Positions 36,540 to 50,259 are shown, counted from the stretch's first letter. The stretch is DNA of 61,767 nt from Chara braunii (GCA_003427395.1 BFEA01000032.1:1591019-1652785), one strand, 5' to 3'. Notes: generated from the letters alone by a model not told the origin. Program-made: numbers and translations.

Positions 36540-38322
36540 CCATTTGAAATAGCAGCAGCTACGTGGCTTGACGAGGCGCTGCATCTTCCCGTGGGTAAGG
36601 GGAAAATTCGTTTCCATCTTGCACATTTGGTGAGTAAAGGGGCGAGAACCATTTTTCCTGAGGTTGCACTTAGTCTGCCCCTGCCCTGAATCCATTTGGA
36701 TTTGAACTTTGGTCTTCATTTCAACAGTTCATGGTTGTGCCTTGGAGGCATAACATTTTAAAGGGCGTCGTAAGGCCAATGGACAAAAAACAAAAAACAA
36801 AAGGAAAAGGGGGAAAAGAAAAAGAAAGAAAACGAAAAAAAATGAATTAGGAATTTGAAAAAACTTATATTTTGCAGTTTGTGGCAGTATTGTTTTGGTG
36901 GCGGTAATGATTTTTGTCGACCCTGAGCAGTTTGCTTGGATTTGACAAGTTTTTAATTAAAAATCGTCAAAGTCGGGATACTTCTTGTACCCCACTTTGG
37001 GACTGTCGGGATTTAAACTCGTGATTATCATGAGTTGTTCTTCCCTCACTGATATGACACTCCTCAGAACGGGCGCCAAACAGAAAAAAGGCAGCAAATG
37101 GATGTCCAAGACTTAGCTGTAACCTTTTGGCTGCCACATGTATAATGTGGAAAAGATTTGATAAAAACCAAAACGTGGAGAAAGGACGTGGCTGAGAATT
37201 ATTCAACCCATAACCATGACGAGGGTCTAATTTATCCGCGTTAGATTGAATCTCGAGGGGTTGCTTACTTAGGTCAAACCTCTAGAGGTTAAGCCAACCT
37301 CCATTTTTAATGAGAGGTTGCTTTGGAACCTTGGTTACAAAGCCAGATGGGACATCTTGGAACCGTCGTCGTGAGATGCATGGGCTGCAGAGGAAGGTGT
37401 ATATATGCTGAACGACGCAGACCAGATCAAGGTATCAAAGTTATGGGTTGCAACATGAGGTGACAACAACTGCTCCGTAATTTCAGCAGAGGAGGAAAGA
37501 GAAGGTGACAAGTGGCAGCCTTCCAATGAATTTGGGACCGGGAACTGAGATGCACGAACCCATAATCGAAATGACGTGGGGGCACCCAAGTCCATGGCTA
37601 TATAGGAAGCTGCTGAACTCAAGCAAGGCACAATGAAGCGGTGGTTTGGCGTAGCACAAGGCTATGGGTATACAATGAGCCTTGAGGTGTGGTACTTGGC
37701 CTCAAGGAGTTCGAGACATCGATCAGAGGACGAAAAGGAGTGTTGGAGGTCTGCAACGTTGGGAGAGAAGCTACTGGTGAAGATGCTAGTGGCCTGCAAG
37801 GTTGAAGGAGCCACTGAAGGAGGAACAAACCAACCTTAGTTAAAGCTAGGAAGGTTACTGGGCCGGAATTGGAGAGGTTGAAGGAGATGGAGGTTTGCAC
37901 GAAGGTTGAAGGTGAAGTTGGGTGGTTACAACAATAACGAGCAGCCACATCTATAATCCACATCCTCAACATCCGGGGGAGACACTGACAATTCTTTGCG
38001 GCAATGACGTAACCGATTGTAGCAGGTGATGCTGCCAAAAGTTTGGTAGACCGACATTACCTCGTAAGGGGGTTATGCCGTCAAAATTTTGGTGCGACGA
38101 CAACCATTATTCGCGATGGGGTTATGTTGCCGAACTCGACACGTTGGCTGTACTAAATTTTGGAGGGGAGGTGCTGTCATTTTTACGGTACGACGACAAT
38201 AATATTTTTCAGTGGGAGAATGTTGTCCATTTGATGCCGGGGAGCGTTTTTTTTTTTAGGGACGTGTAGTTGGTTTAACGATGTGATATTTGCAATTTTG
38301 AGCAAGGGGTCGTGGTCAGGGT
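36540..38322. repeat. Unclassified dispersed repeat body following the U6 module; homologous to 48689-50880
   Basis: Collinear shared blocks: TTTGAAATAGCAGCAGC, TTTCCAT.TTGCACAT.TGGTGAGTA, AATTAAAAATCGTCA, CTCGTGATTAT, CCATTTTTAATGAGAGG. Confidence 0.85.
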
Positions 38323-41204
38323 TGTCGACCCCCGGCTGCGGGTCCCCAAACCCTTAGAATTAAAAAAATCGGACAGCGGCTTGTACCGCACCTGGAACCT
38401 GCCCTTTTCGTCTGTTCTGAGACTGTCTTCGAACTAGCCAGCCACGAAGCGAGGGTATGCTAGTAAGCCTTTGGGCAACCCTTTCTACACTGACCTGATG
38501 GCAAAAAATTGGGGCCTAAAATTTTGCTTAATTTAATTATGGAATTAAAAATAAGAAATAAAATTAAACCGATAGAAAAAAATGGAAAACAAATTATTAT
38601 CCTATTATTTGATATTTCTGATCCGATCACACCCTCGTTGGTTTTGACCGGGATTAACCTATTTATTTTTCCTCTTTGAATTACACGGATTTTCCTTGCT
38701 GATGTTGTCAGATTTTACTCAATTTTTACCCTTGGTGTCGAGCGGCTCTTGCCTTACGCCGCCCTTCACTTCCTTAGTGACTACATTTGACGGGTACCGG
38801 ATCTACCTGTTCTGCCGGGCGGGACTGGCCGAGATCGAGGGATTGTGATATCATGTTCATGCCACGGGTATCAAGGGCGACACGTCAGGGAGGAGGCGAA
38901 CCGCAAAGGTTTGAGTGAACATTCTTTTATGGACACTACAGACGACCATCGCGCTCAACATATAAAAACATGAAGATCACGGAAGAAAACGCCAGAGGCT
39001 CCGGATGAGGTACAAGAACGAAGAGGCCACACTCACGATGAAGTATCAGGGAGTGGGCTAGATAAAGGAGAGCATTGGGCTCTAAGACGAACCCTCGGGT
39101 GAACTAATCGGCGGTCGACACCAGAGTTCATCGTGGGATCAATATAGAAGGAAATCGTTGCTCGGGCCCGCTTGGGGCTTTGACATACGGGCCTTAAATA
39201 AAGTCGGAAGAGAGCCTGAGAGGCCTAATGTAGAGAAGTGGGCCTTCGGGCCGTGAACTTGTTAATTTCGGGACCAGGCCTTGCAAAAATTGACAAGGCT
39301 CTAATATTTTTTACGTGGGAACCACCAGAGCCTGGGCGGGCTCAGGCCTAGGTTCAGAATGAACCTTGGTACCAGGGCGCTGCAAAACGCCTCGTACCCG
39401 ACATAAAAACTCCCTTCGCTAAAACCCCTTAAGGGGCCCCAATAGGCCCGGGCATAGGCTCGGGGGAGCCACGGTACCAGGGCGCAATTTGTCGGCAGCT
39501 TCGCAGCGTGCGAGGGCTTAGGCACACTTTGAAAGGGGCCCGGAAAAGTATAAAGACCGAACCGGGCCCAGAATCTGGACACTTCAGACATGCGTAGTTA
39601 CGGACGCACGAGAGGAGTTCGGGAGAACGCTCAGAGGAGGGCAAAATCACGTGCACCAGCAGGACGACAACGAGGAGGAGAGAGATGAGCGAGAGGAGGT
39701 AACCAAAAGACAACCGAGAGCATCAGGGGACAGGCGTGTCATAGCTGCGCGTAGAAGGAACTCGCGCACACACGGGCGTGCGTCCGTGCGATGCCCCACG
39801 CACGGGCGCGCAGAGCTAGACACAACACGCAAACACTGGCGGACAACAGCGCTCAGCCCCACGTGATCGAGATCGGGATCTGAGTGCGTACATTCGGGTG
39901 CACCAACGCACGACTCCACATGGTCGGGATCGCGGCGTGCGCGACTACCCGCACGCGAGCGTACACGTGCACCATTGAGATTGGGACCTGTACAGTTGCG
40001 CGCACAGTCGCGCGCACACACACGCTGACGCACGCGGACGGGAACGGAGTGTGCACCCGCGTGCACCGCGCCCAATTGGGATCGGGGCGAACGCAGTTGG
40101 GCACAATCGCGCGCACACTCACATAGTCGAGATCTGGAAATGCAAACACATTTAGTCGGGATTGAGCCCCTCATGGTCGTGCGCACACGGGCGAGCACGT
40201 GCGCAATCGGGATCTGGGCGTGGGCAGTTGGGCACACTCACACTCACACTCACACAGTCGTGGTTTAGTAGCGCAAATGCGTGCATGTAGGCGCGCACGC
40301 TGCGCACAATCGAGATAGGCGCGGACGACCTTGTGCACACCTCGCACAGTCGGATCGGGCGCGAAAAGTTACGAACAGCGACGGACACACGCCCGTACAG
40401 GCGCGCACATTGTGCACAGACAAGATAGGTGCGAGCAACTGCGTACACGTTGTGCACAGTCGGGAGCTGTGTAACACTCCGTACGACGTAAGGGGGGTTT
40501 ATCGTACGGTCGTATGTACGGCCATATGAACGGCCGTACGGCCATATGTACAGTCCCGTACGAAAAAAAACAAAACACAAAAACGTTTGTTTTTTTATCT
40601 CAAATTTGGTAACGAATTTCAATATGACCGTGAGGAAAAAGAGTTTCAGTTTATTTTTCTGCATAACATTTTTTTTTTCAGATTTTTTTGAATTTTTTTC
40701 TTTTTGCTTTTTTTTCGTACATAAGGCCCGTACGCCCACATGAGCCCATACGTACGGCCGTACGTACGTACGGACGGTCCGTATTTGTACGGGGGTCCAC
40801 ATAGGTCGGGAGTGGGCGTAGACAGTCGCGCGTAGCAGTGGACACGCGCTTGTGCAGGGGCGCACACTTCGCACAAACGGGATAGGTGCGCGTAACCACG
40901 TGTTCACGATGCACATCCGGGATTTAGTTGCTCACAGCCGTGTGCATCAGCGCGCGGGCGGGAGCACTGTCGGGGAGACTGCGAGCAGCAGCGCGAGTAC
41001 ACGTGTGCACATTCGAGGGAGCTGTGCCCAGCAGCACGCTCACACGTGCACAGTCGGGAGACCACTCACACCAGCACGCTTGCGCCTGACGAGGTAGGTA
41101 GGGGCACCCGGGGACGGAATCAGGAGTTCGGAACCAGGCTTCGAGCGCGAACTGGGCCCTTGGGGCATACTCGAGCATCGAACGGTATGGGATCATGAGA
41201 CACG

Positions 41205-41405
41205 TTCTGAATGGGACTACGGGACCCAGGCTGAATGAGACTACGAGACCCGGGATGAACGAGACTACGAGACCCAGGCTGAACGAGACTACGGGACCCA
41301 GGCTGAACGAGACTACGGGACCCAGACTGAACAGGACTACGCGACCCAGGCTGAACGAGACGACAGGACCCAGGCTGAACGGGACTGAGGGACCCAGGCT
41401 GAATG
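41205..41405. repeat. 24-bp minisatellite, about 8-9 copies, inside the LTR
   Basis: GAGACTACGGGACCCAGGCTGAAC repeated. Confidence 0.92.
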
Positions 41406-41968
41406 ATCGTAGCTAGGGGACTCGAGCAGATTGCCATGTTGACAGGGGCTACGTAACTCAGACTAATCGGGACTGCAAGACCAGACTGAGATTTTCGACA
41501 TGGACCGACACTTAGGAGTTGGACCGGACCTTGAGCGAAACTCCGATGCCAACAACTGCTTGGATTAAGCGAGGCATTTAGGTTCAGACTGGGAAATTTG
41601 TAGCCAGGCTGGGATATATGGGATCAAGTCGAGACTTTGGGCACAGGCCGAGGTATTGAAGGTCGGGCTGAAACACTTGAGACGTGGTTGAGACGTTCAA
41701 CCCGAAGCCTTTTCGAGCTAGACCAGGACTGAGGGACCGGGGACAAACGAAACAAGACTCCGGACCCCGGGAACTTCAGTGAAAGGCAACAGGGTGGTTT
41801 AGTCAGCCGGAAGCAGAGCCTGACCAAGGTTACAGTTCTTGAGGAGAACAGGTGGCAAGATCGACCCATGGTGAAAGTAGATCGTGAGCAGTGGCCACGG
41901 TGGACCCTTGAATCTACCTAAGACACAGAGAGTTCGAGTATTGTTCCTTGGAACCAACGTGCTCATTA

Positions 41969-42390
41969 CACATGCGGTTATCAGGTAGCTGAAATTTTAG
42001 GACTGAAAATTTTGAAGTGAGAGTTTTTGACAGTCTGAAAATCCTAAATGGTCCTGAAGTGGTGAAAGGTCCGAAGACCCTGAAAACCATCTGTTTAGGC
42101 AGGTTGCATCCTGAAGTGGTGAAGGGTGTCCTGAAGTGGTCAAGTGAATCCTGAATGGTCCTGAAGTGGTGAAAGGTCCGAAAACCATGAAAACCACCCT
42201 TCACCACTTGAGGATGTAGCCTGCCTAAACAGGTGGTTTTCAGGCTCTTCGAAACTTTCACCACTTCAGGACCATTCTGGATTTTCAAACTTGAATGGTC
42301 CTGAAGTAGTGAAAGGTTCGAAGACCTTGAAAACCACCTGTTTAGGCAGACCGCATCCTGAAGTGGTGAAGGGTGTCCTGAAGTGGTGAC
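41969..42390. repeat. CCTGAAGTGGTGAA repeat cassette with an internal inversion; partial second copy at 44892-45147
   Basis: Direct copies, an inverted segment at about 42197-42280, then direct copies again. The 5' half is repeated at 44892. Confidence 0.88.
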
Positions 42391-42785
42391 GAAAAATACG
42401 ACTGTTGTTAACCTTCTCTCGCTCATTATCGGCGACACCCCATTAGACGGAGGATTCGCCCTTAGACTGTCTGTTAGGTCGGTCGGGACTCAGACCGATT
42501 TCTCTGACCTGGACACGAGACTTATCTCTGGGCCTGGGAATAGTGCAGCGGACCCTATCGTTTTAGACTAAATGAAAATACACTTTTTGTTCCTTCCAAA
42601 TAGTGATCTACGAGCATCTTGTTGCTGGTCTCTCAGTCCATGCTAGTCCTTGTTGCGTGATTTTGGACTGACCGTTTTCTTGCAGGTTACGGGGGCCCCG
42701 ATCGATGTCTCCCTTGGGTGACAGACTTGGGGCGACACACAAGGTTCGGACGGTGTGCCGATAAAACACTTCTCCAGGTCGACAG

Positions 42786-42803
42786 TGGCGCCGTTGCCGG
42801 GAA
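42786..42803 (+). promoter_or_regulatory. Primer binding site, tRNA-Asp
   Basis: TGGCGCCGTTGCCGGGAA directly after the LTR CA. Confidence 0.9.
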
Positions 42804-42957
42804 GGCTGCCTCTCGGGACTTCGGTCCGCCTGTAACCACAGAGGCGAGGTGGATTTAGAGGTGGGAGTTTATTAATTTGACACTCACTCCGGATATCGCT
42901 TGGTATATGCAGGTGCGACGCAGGCACGAACGGATGGACGACGGATGCCCGACCCAT

Positions 42958-44890
42958 TGTGACGTACCCGGTGAGATGTTGATTTTCACATTTCTATGGA
43001 TTCATGGTTGCATATGTTTCCTCCTACATGCCTTGTGATTCAGAGAGGTCTGTTCCGATCCTTCCCTACCCTTTGGTCAGTCCACCCTGATTCGATTCCA
43101 AGAGAGAAAACGGTGAGCAGGGGAAAAACCGAAGGATTGAAGGGGAGGCAAGGAGCTGGGAGGGAACTAAACATGTTAGCTGATCATGATGGATAGTTAG
43201 GGGGGTTGAACCACAACATATGTCGGGGTGAGACCATGCTTGAGGTGGGTCGAGTAGTGGTATGAATATGAGTGAGGTTGCACGAGTGAGACACCGCCCC
43301 TTCGTTCGAGTGTGACTTCGGTCCACCCTAGGGGACATGTGTTGGCCAACTCGTATCCAGATCGCAGCGAGGGAGGTAGACCAGCGATGATGGAACGTTG
43401 ATCCATCCTCCTTTTCGGCATGAGGGTAGGGAGAGATACGCCAGAGGGCGGTTTTTTCCTAGGCATGTTGACGTCCTGAAGGGATGTAGGAGTGATTGAC
43501 GGGGGCCTGTCGTGGGAGTCTGTGAACTCAAAAGTCTGAGAGTGGGCACTGGGAAGGATAAATTGAGAGAGGTTGTTTGTGTCTTGATTAGATATGATAT
43601 TTATTGAGACGGAAACTCAGATTCATCTCAAAGGAGAAGAAGGGTTGTTCGATGTCGTCAGTCTGCCATTAGAAGGAAGAAACAAATATAAGCCAACTAG
43701 GGAACAAGGTCTAATAGTCAGAGAAGGAGTTTTCTTGTGGGCGAGAATCGAATGTCAACCAAGACCTTGCACCAGGAGGGATAAAGAGGGTGAGCCACTC
43801 ATAGCAAAAGTGAATGTCATAATATATTTATCGAGCGACGAGTAGAAGTTCCTGGTCGTAGACACCGTGAGGCATTGTCGTGTGCTCCCGTGTCTAGCGT
43901 CCCTCAGTTGTAGGTATGGGTCGCGCCTGTTTAGCGAGTTTTCAGAAGGGTCAGACACTATTGCCCATTATAGGGTCTGATACACATACGATTGGGAGCT
44001 TCCTAGGGCCACTTCGGTTAGAACCATGGTTGTGCCTAGGTTCTCTACCGAGTTTATCTTCGAGGGTGTAGACATGCATCAGAGGTTAGTGACTACGCTC
44101 AGGAGATCCATTCAGTTTAGGCCCTCGATGGCCGAGCTTGCGTGGTTAACCACTTACTGCATAGATAGGGGGATACCTGCTCACAGAGAACTGAGGCGAG
44201 TCGTTTTTCGTATTAGGGCGGAACTGCGTCGAGAGGCGATTACAGGAGAAATAGACAGGTCTAGGGTGCTGGACGCCAAGCCGATAGAGGATTACATGTC
44301 TAAATACGGGGAGGAGTACCCGGTAGAGTTTCGTCAGTTTGGATACGAGGAGCCTGAGTTCATTAACGAGGACTGAATAGAGCTTACCTTACCCGGGTAG
44401 GCGACCCGAACACCCAACAGGGAAAAGGTGAACAATATTTGAAGGTCAATCTTATTGAAAGCAGGGGTCTGGTTGCTAGTTATATCCTCAATAGGATTTG
44501 ACCGAGACAGGAGAGAAAAAGAGATAGCAGGATCGTTCACCTTAGTGGTAGAGAGTTTCCTTTATTATCAAACCACTGTATTGGATGATATAGTTTTCAG
44601 AGCAGTTGAACAAAGTCATAAGGACCCAGACCTAGGTACAGTACCGAGTCTCGACCCTCATACCTGGAAGGACGAAGTGACGGTCCAGGACCTACTACAG
44701 GTCGGTGGTTGTATCCGTTAGGAGTGCCAAGGAAGGGTTTTTGCCGCAGTCCGAGGGGGCAATACGGCTTCCTATCCCAACTTTTGTTCTAGAGGAGTTC
44801 CTAGGGGGGTTATACCAGTTGATTCAGACTGATTGGGCATTCCTTCAGATCGAGGGGTTCCTAAGGTACAATGATAAACACCACTCTTGT
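42958..44890 (+). mobile_element. Probable nested LTR-element fragment carrying short unknown ORFs
   Basis: Starts with TGTGACG like the terminus at 19909. Contains packed plus-strand ORF pieces 43594-43845, 44026-44376, 44455-44721 and 44705-44911. Confidence 0.45.
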
Positions 44891-45145
44891 TCACAAGCGG
44901 TTACCGGGTAGCTGAAAATTCAGGAATAAAAATTCCGAAATGAGAGTTTTTGGCAGTCTGAAAATCCTTAATGGTCCTGAAGTGGTGAAATGTTCGAAGA
45001 CCCTGAAAACCACCTGTTTAGGCAGGCTGCATCCTGAAGTGGTGAAGGGTGTCCTGAAGTGGTCAAGTGACAGTTTTGGACAGTATGAAAATCCTGAATG
45101 GTCCTGAAGTGGTAAAAGGTCCGAAGACCATGAAAACCACCCTTC

Positions 45146-48100
45146 ACGGTAATTTTATTTCTACTTCCCTTAAAAAGTTTGAGCAACTTGCTTCCATCAA
45201 CAATTAGGATGAGCCTCAGATGTTGAGGCGAGTTCTTAGATATGTCGACAGAGATCTCGTGAGTATAGCTCAGCGAATAATTGAGACTAAATTAGTGCAG
45301 CCTCATTTTCACGATGCCATGTTAGACGAATTTTGGTTAGGCGATACAGTAACAACAATTGAGGATTTCAGGAATGTTGAGCGATATGCATATGTAGTAA
45401 AGAAAAAGTTTTTGGCTGAATTTGAACGGGTGGCTCGTCGAATTCATGGGTTGAAAGATAGATAGAAGTGTCTAACTTTTCTTGAATTTTTTTTTGAAGG
45501 GGAATTGTGTTTGCTTACCCGAGGAGGAAATAGTAAATTCAATTGGAAAAGAATTCGGTCAAATTTTATTGACCGAGAATTTAGTCGAATATTTGACCAG
45601 ACTCTTCGATTATAGCTTCACTTACAAAAAATTGAGAGAGAGTGTCGAGTTCACAAGCGAAAGAGAGATTCAGATCCCGTGACGAATCTCTCAGAAATAA
45701 GAGGAATACTGAAAAAAGAAAAGGACGATTATTGTCATGAGTATCAGAAGACAAGGATAAAAAGTCCTTTGGAGGACCAATGTGAGTGAGATAGGGACAA
45801 TGAGGGAGATTAGTTGGATAATTCTTCAATGTCAACTACTCAAGATTGCGAGTCAACGTCTCGAAATCAACGAGATCAACGAGTAAAGAAAGAGAGATCC
45901 TATTGGAAGAATATTACATGTAAGAGATGTGGTAGTACCGGACACACTTCGAGTAAATGCAAGGGATTGACGGTTATAGAAAAATAGATTGTCGAAATTC
46001 TGATTTCAATTTATGAGTTGATTATGAACTCAAAACACTTTTTTGTGAGATTAATAAGATCAACTCGAGGTTGATGTTTCGTTTGATATCATTTTTATGA
46101 CACAAGAATTCTGTCTGATTTGATATATTCATTCTTTTATCTATTGAAAAACTATATGATCAGTTTATTATTGAAGAATATACAATAAGGATTACTATGA
46201 AATTTAATGTGAAAGCATTTATTTTGTTGTTGTGAGTATTTGGTTGAATGTAAGTTGTTGAGAAATTGTGAATTTGTAGGTAGACGACTATGGTTGCTGC
46301 GAGGGGAGAAGTGGCGACCTCTCCTTGTGTCAGGCATAATCACCGTACCCCTATAACCAGGGTCTGACCAACCTTGGCTGTAGAAGGTAAGGTTGTTCTA
46401 CTCTACATGTGACAGATTGATGAAATGGAGACACTGAAATTTGGATGGAATGTGAAGAAGTTTGAATCACAATCAAGACCTGGTTCCGAAAGGATCTCAT
46501 TTATCTTAGATGAATATTATGGAATGTTACAGCGACTACTGAGGAATGATTATAAAAAAGAGGATTGACTCCCATCAGCAGACTGGGGAGTGACTTCTAT
46601 CAGCAACTGGGAACTTGTTTCCATCAGTAGACTGGGAGGTCATTCCCATCAACAACTGGGAAGTCATTTCCATATTGATGGAATGAAAGACCCACAGGGG
46701 GTTAAGCCTGTGAAAGACTATCGATTGGCTCCCATCAGCAGACTAGGGAGTGACTTCCATCAACAACTGGGGANTTGTTCCCATCAGTGGACTGGGAGGT
46801 CGTTCCCATCAGCCAGTGGGGAGTCATTTCCATATTGGATGGAATGAAAGACCCGAAGGAGGTTAAGCCTGTGAAAGACCTATAACAAGATGATCTCACA
46901 ACTTGATTTTATCAGTGGACTGGGGAGTGGTTCCCATCAGCAGGCTGGGGAGTGACTTCCATCAGCAACTGGGGATTTGTTCCCATCGGTAGACTGGAAG
47001 GTCATTCCAATCAGCAACTGGGGAGTCATTCACATGAGAAAGCTGGAAAGTAATTCCCATCAGTATACTGTGGATTGGTTCCCATCAGTAGACTGGGGAG
47101 TGACTTCGATCAGCAACTGGGGACTCGTTCCCATCAGTGGATTGGGAGGTTAATCTAATCAGCAATTGGGGAATAGTTCTGTGACAAGGAACTTGTCTTA
47201 ATCAGAACGTTTGTTGAATTGAGAAATTGGTTGAGTTGTGATGTGACTGTTTCTTTTGAAGGACCTGCAAGGGGATGATCCTGTCAAAAGGCATACAGGG
47301 GAATGATCATGTCGAATGAGTGGATTGTACGACTTCTGAAGATTAAAATCGAGTTTTATTGTTGAATGTTGATGTGAAAATTTCAGTTGTCTTCCGAATG
47401 TTTGTTGAATTGTTGAGTATCGTAAGTGTTGCTTTCGCATGAGAATTTCGTAAGAATACTAATTTATATTTGGATAGTGAACGACAGAGAGTGTCGTTCC
47501 TTGAATATTGGTAAAAACTCTCCGGCTTCGTTTCGGATGGTTGCTTGATTGATTATACGAAGTATGTATTAAAATCTTATGCAATTTCTATTATTATCTT
47601 GATGAAGAGCGATGGGAACGTCGCTAAGTAAGACCATTCATAGATGGTGAATTTTAGACTACTGGGTGAATGACTCGGATTTTGGTATAAGCTTCGAGCT
47701 AATTATAATTGGGAGAATTTTGTTATTATTTTTACAAAGGAGTTCCATAAGAATCCAGACAAACCTATATGATTTGTGAATATAGGATGAATGACGTGGA
47801 AGCTATTCAATGGCGTCCGGGAATACTGTCGGGGCAAATACCCTGACAAGGGTATTCGCTGGGGATTTTTAACGTCGGATGCTGTTCGACTTTTCGTTGG
47901 GTTAAAAAAATTGATGAGACCGACGTTTGTCAAAAGTTTATTCAGACCCGATCCATGACTGCGGAACTGAAAGTTTTCGAGCTTTAGTCCGGACGCATGT
48001 AGCATCCGAGAATAACGGATGTGAATGACAATGTTTCGCGGACATGAGAACGCTAAAGGTACACCTATTCTATCTACAATAATGTCGCGCGGCTTAGATT

Positions 48101-48268
48101 CAGGGCCTAAGTAGACTAGAAAGAAGGATGCGTCGGGTATAGGGTCGCGACGCGAGAGAAATAGGAAGGGCCGCCGAGTCGACATCGAGCCAAGGGGAGG
48201 GCCAACAGGCCTATGCCGAGGCCTACCCGATGGGTGGGCCCGGAGCCATGGATGGGTTGCCATCCACG
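45146..48268 (+). mobile_element. 5'-truncated copy of the gag-only internal region (duplicate of 53442-56569)
   Basis: Collinear high identity over about 3.1 kb. Broken gag with CKRCGSTGHTSSKC knuckle at 45919-45960. Confidence 0.9.
46570..47175. repeat. 24-25-bp TTCCCATCAGCAACTGGGGAGT repeat clusters (also at 54870-55500)
   Basis: CCATCAG..CTGGG units in tandem, interrupted twice by a GATGGAATGAAAGACCC...GTTAAGCCTGTGAAAGAC block. Confidence 0.88.
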
Positions 48269-48426
48269 AGGAAGCGGCAGTAGGAAGGACCTGCTAGGCC
48301 ACCAGTCGGTAAGGCCTGCAAGGCCACAGGCAAGATAGGTCTGCTAGGCTACAGGTAGGCAGGTTTTGCAGGCCTCATGCAGGCAAGGCCTACAAGGCCG
48401 TGGGTAGATTGCCTTCTGGGCATTAT

Positions 48427-48668
48427 AGCCCTTCATATATGAGGGTTGCTCCTATTCTGATGTGAAATAGGAGCTAGCCCAGTAGGTAACGTACCATCGT
48501 GATACACCGCAGATGCGGGGATCGAAGCCAATAGGCCCACTGGGCTAGCTCCTTCCTTTTGGACCAGCCCAACTTTATAGCGTGGCGGTTTTCGGTCGTA
48601 CGATCGATAAAATTGCACCGCTCAAAAACAGTCGCGCAGAGAGTAGCATGACCTACGCAAGGATGGCA
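48427..48668 (+). ncRNA. Hairpin / tRNA-like / U6-like module, copy 3
   Basis: GGAGCTAGCCCAGT...GGATCGAAGCC...ACTGGGCTAGCTCC, then CGATAAAATTG and CAGAGAGTAGCATGACCTACGCAAGGATGGCA resembling U6. Confidence 0.7.
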
Positions 48669-49685
48669 TGATTTTCTGTTTTCTAAAATTTGAAATAGCA
48701 GCAGCCTCCCGGCTTGACGAGGCACTGCTTCTTCCTGTAGGAAAAGGGGAAACTCGTTTCCATTTTGCACATCTGGTGAGTAGGGTGGTGAGGGTCATTT
48801 TTCGTGAGGTTGCACAACCCCACCATGCCCTGAATCCATTTGGATTTGGACTCTGGTCTGCATTTCAACAGTTCATGGCTGGGCCTCGGAGCCACAGCCT
48901 TCCAAAGCGCTGTTAGGGCAATGGGCAAAAAGGAAAAAGAAAAAAGAAAAAAAAATGAAAAAAAAAATGAAAAAGTGGATCAAGATTTTGAGAAAATCTG
49001 TATTTTGCAGTTGGCGCCTATATTGTTTTTGTGGCGTAAATGAATTTTGTTGGCTCTGAAACATTTTCTCCGCGTAGGTGGGCACCTATGCCACGCGCAT
49101 GAATTTTTTCAGATTTTTTTATTTGACGAAATTTCAATTAAAAATCGTCAGAGTCGGGGTACTTTTTACATCGCGCTCTGAGCCTGTCGAGATTTTAGCT
49201 CGTGATTATGACTTCTTCTTCCCCCCCAAGCCTTAACACTGAGCTGGCACCCCTGCCAGACAGAAAAAAGGCAGCCAATGGCTGTCCAGGAGTTAGCTGT
49301 AGCCATTTGGCTGCCTATTTTTAATGTGGGAGACCACGGTAGAAAAAACAAAACGTAGAGAAAGATCATGGCTGGGAATTCGTCAACCCATAATCACAGC
49401 AAAAGAGTGCAGCTCAGGCCTTTTAAGGTGTGGCTGTGACTCTTGCCTCCAACAGCAGACTGAGACTTCAAGGCTTTGAAGCCTCCGAATTGGCAGCCCT
49501 CCAAAGAGCAAAGGGTTTGACTTATCCGCATTGTGTTGAAGCCCTATGAGGGCTGCTTGGGCTTAAACCCATGCGGACTAAGCTTGCCCCCATTTTTAAT
49601 GAGAGGATGCTCCGGAACTTGGGTCCAGAGCCCGATGAGACAGCATGAAGCCATCATCACAGGATGCACAAGCCTGCAGAGGGAC

Positions 49686-49734
<49 letters not shown>

Positions 49735-50259
49735 AGGCGAAGCAAGCTGGACAATGAAAGTTATGGGTCACAACAACTCTAATTCCATGGTGACAGCAGG
49801 GGAAGCAAGGAGAAGTGACAAGTGTCAGTCACAGAGTGATTTCGGGATTCAGTAGCTCGAGTGAAGGCAGATAGAGGCACATATGGACCCATAACTAAAG
49901 TGATGTGAGTGCCCCACCCCCACGACTATATTAGGAAGGGGTGGATCCAAGCAAAGGCACAACGGAGCAGCAGCTTGACATAGCATATGAGGCTATGGGC
50001 GCGTAGTGAGACCAAAGGCTCGATACGTGACACTCAGGAACTTAGGAGTGGACTGAGGTCCGGGAGCAGCTAAGCACAGCTAGGAGGGGCGTGGAGGAGC
50101 TGCCGGTGGAAGCTACTGCTGCTAGAGGAAGTGCTGCCTGGAGGTCTGCAATAGAGGCTAAGAGAGGAGGTTCCCATAGTCACCATCTTGGCAAGGGTGG
50201 AGGTGCTGCTGGCTATAGCCACAGTCATAACGACGGTCGTAGGGGAGACAATGCTACTT

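Larger units (their letters stand above)
38323..42784 (+). mobile_element. 4.46-kb 5' LTR
   Basis: Perfect 8-bp inverted termini TGTCGACC...GGTCGACA, followed after 1 nt by a tRNA-Asp PBS. Confidence 0.82.

Noticed and set aside
46570-47175. CRISPR-like 24-25-bp repeats
   Set aside because: Units are contiguous and degenerate, and the interrupting block is itself repeated and duplicated at 54870-55500.
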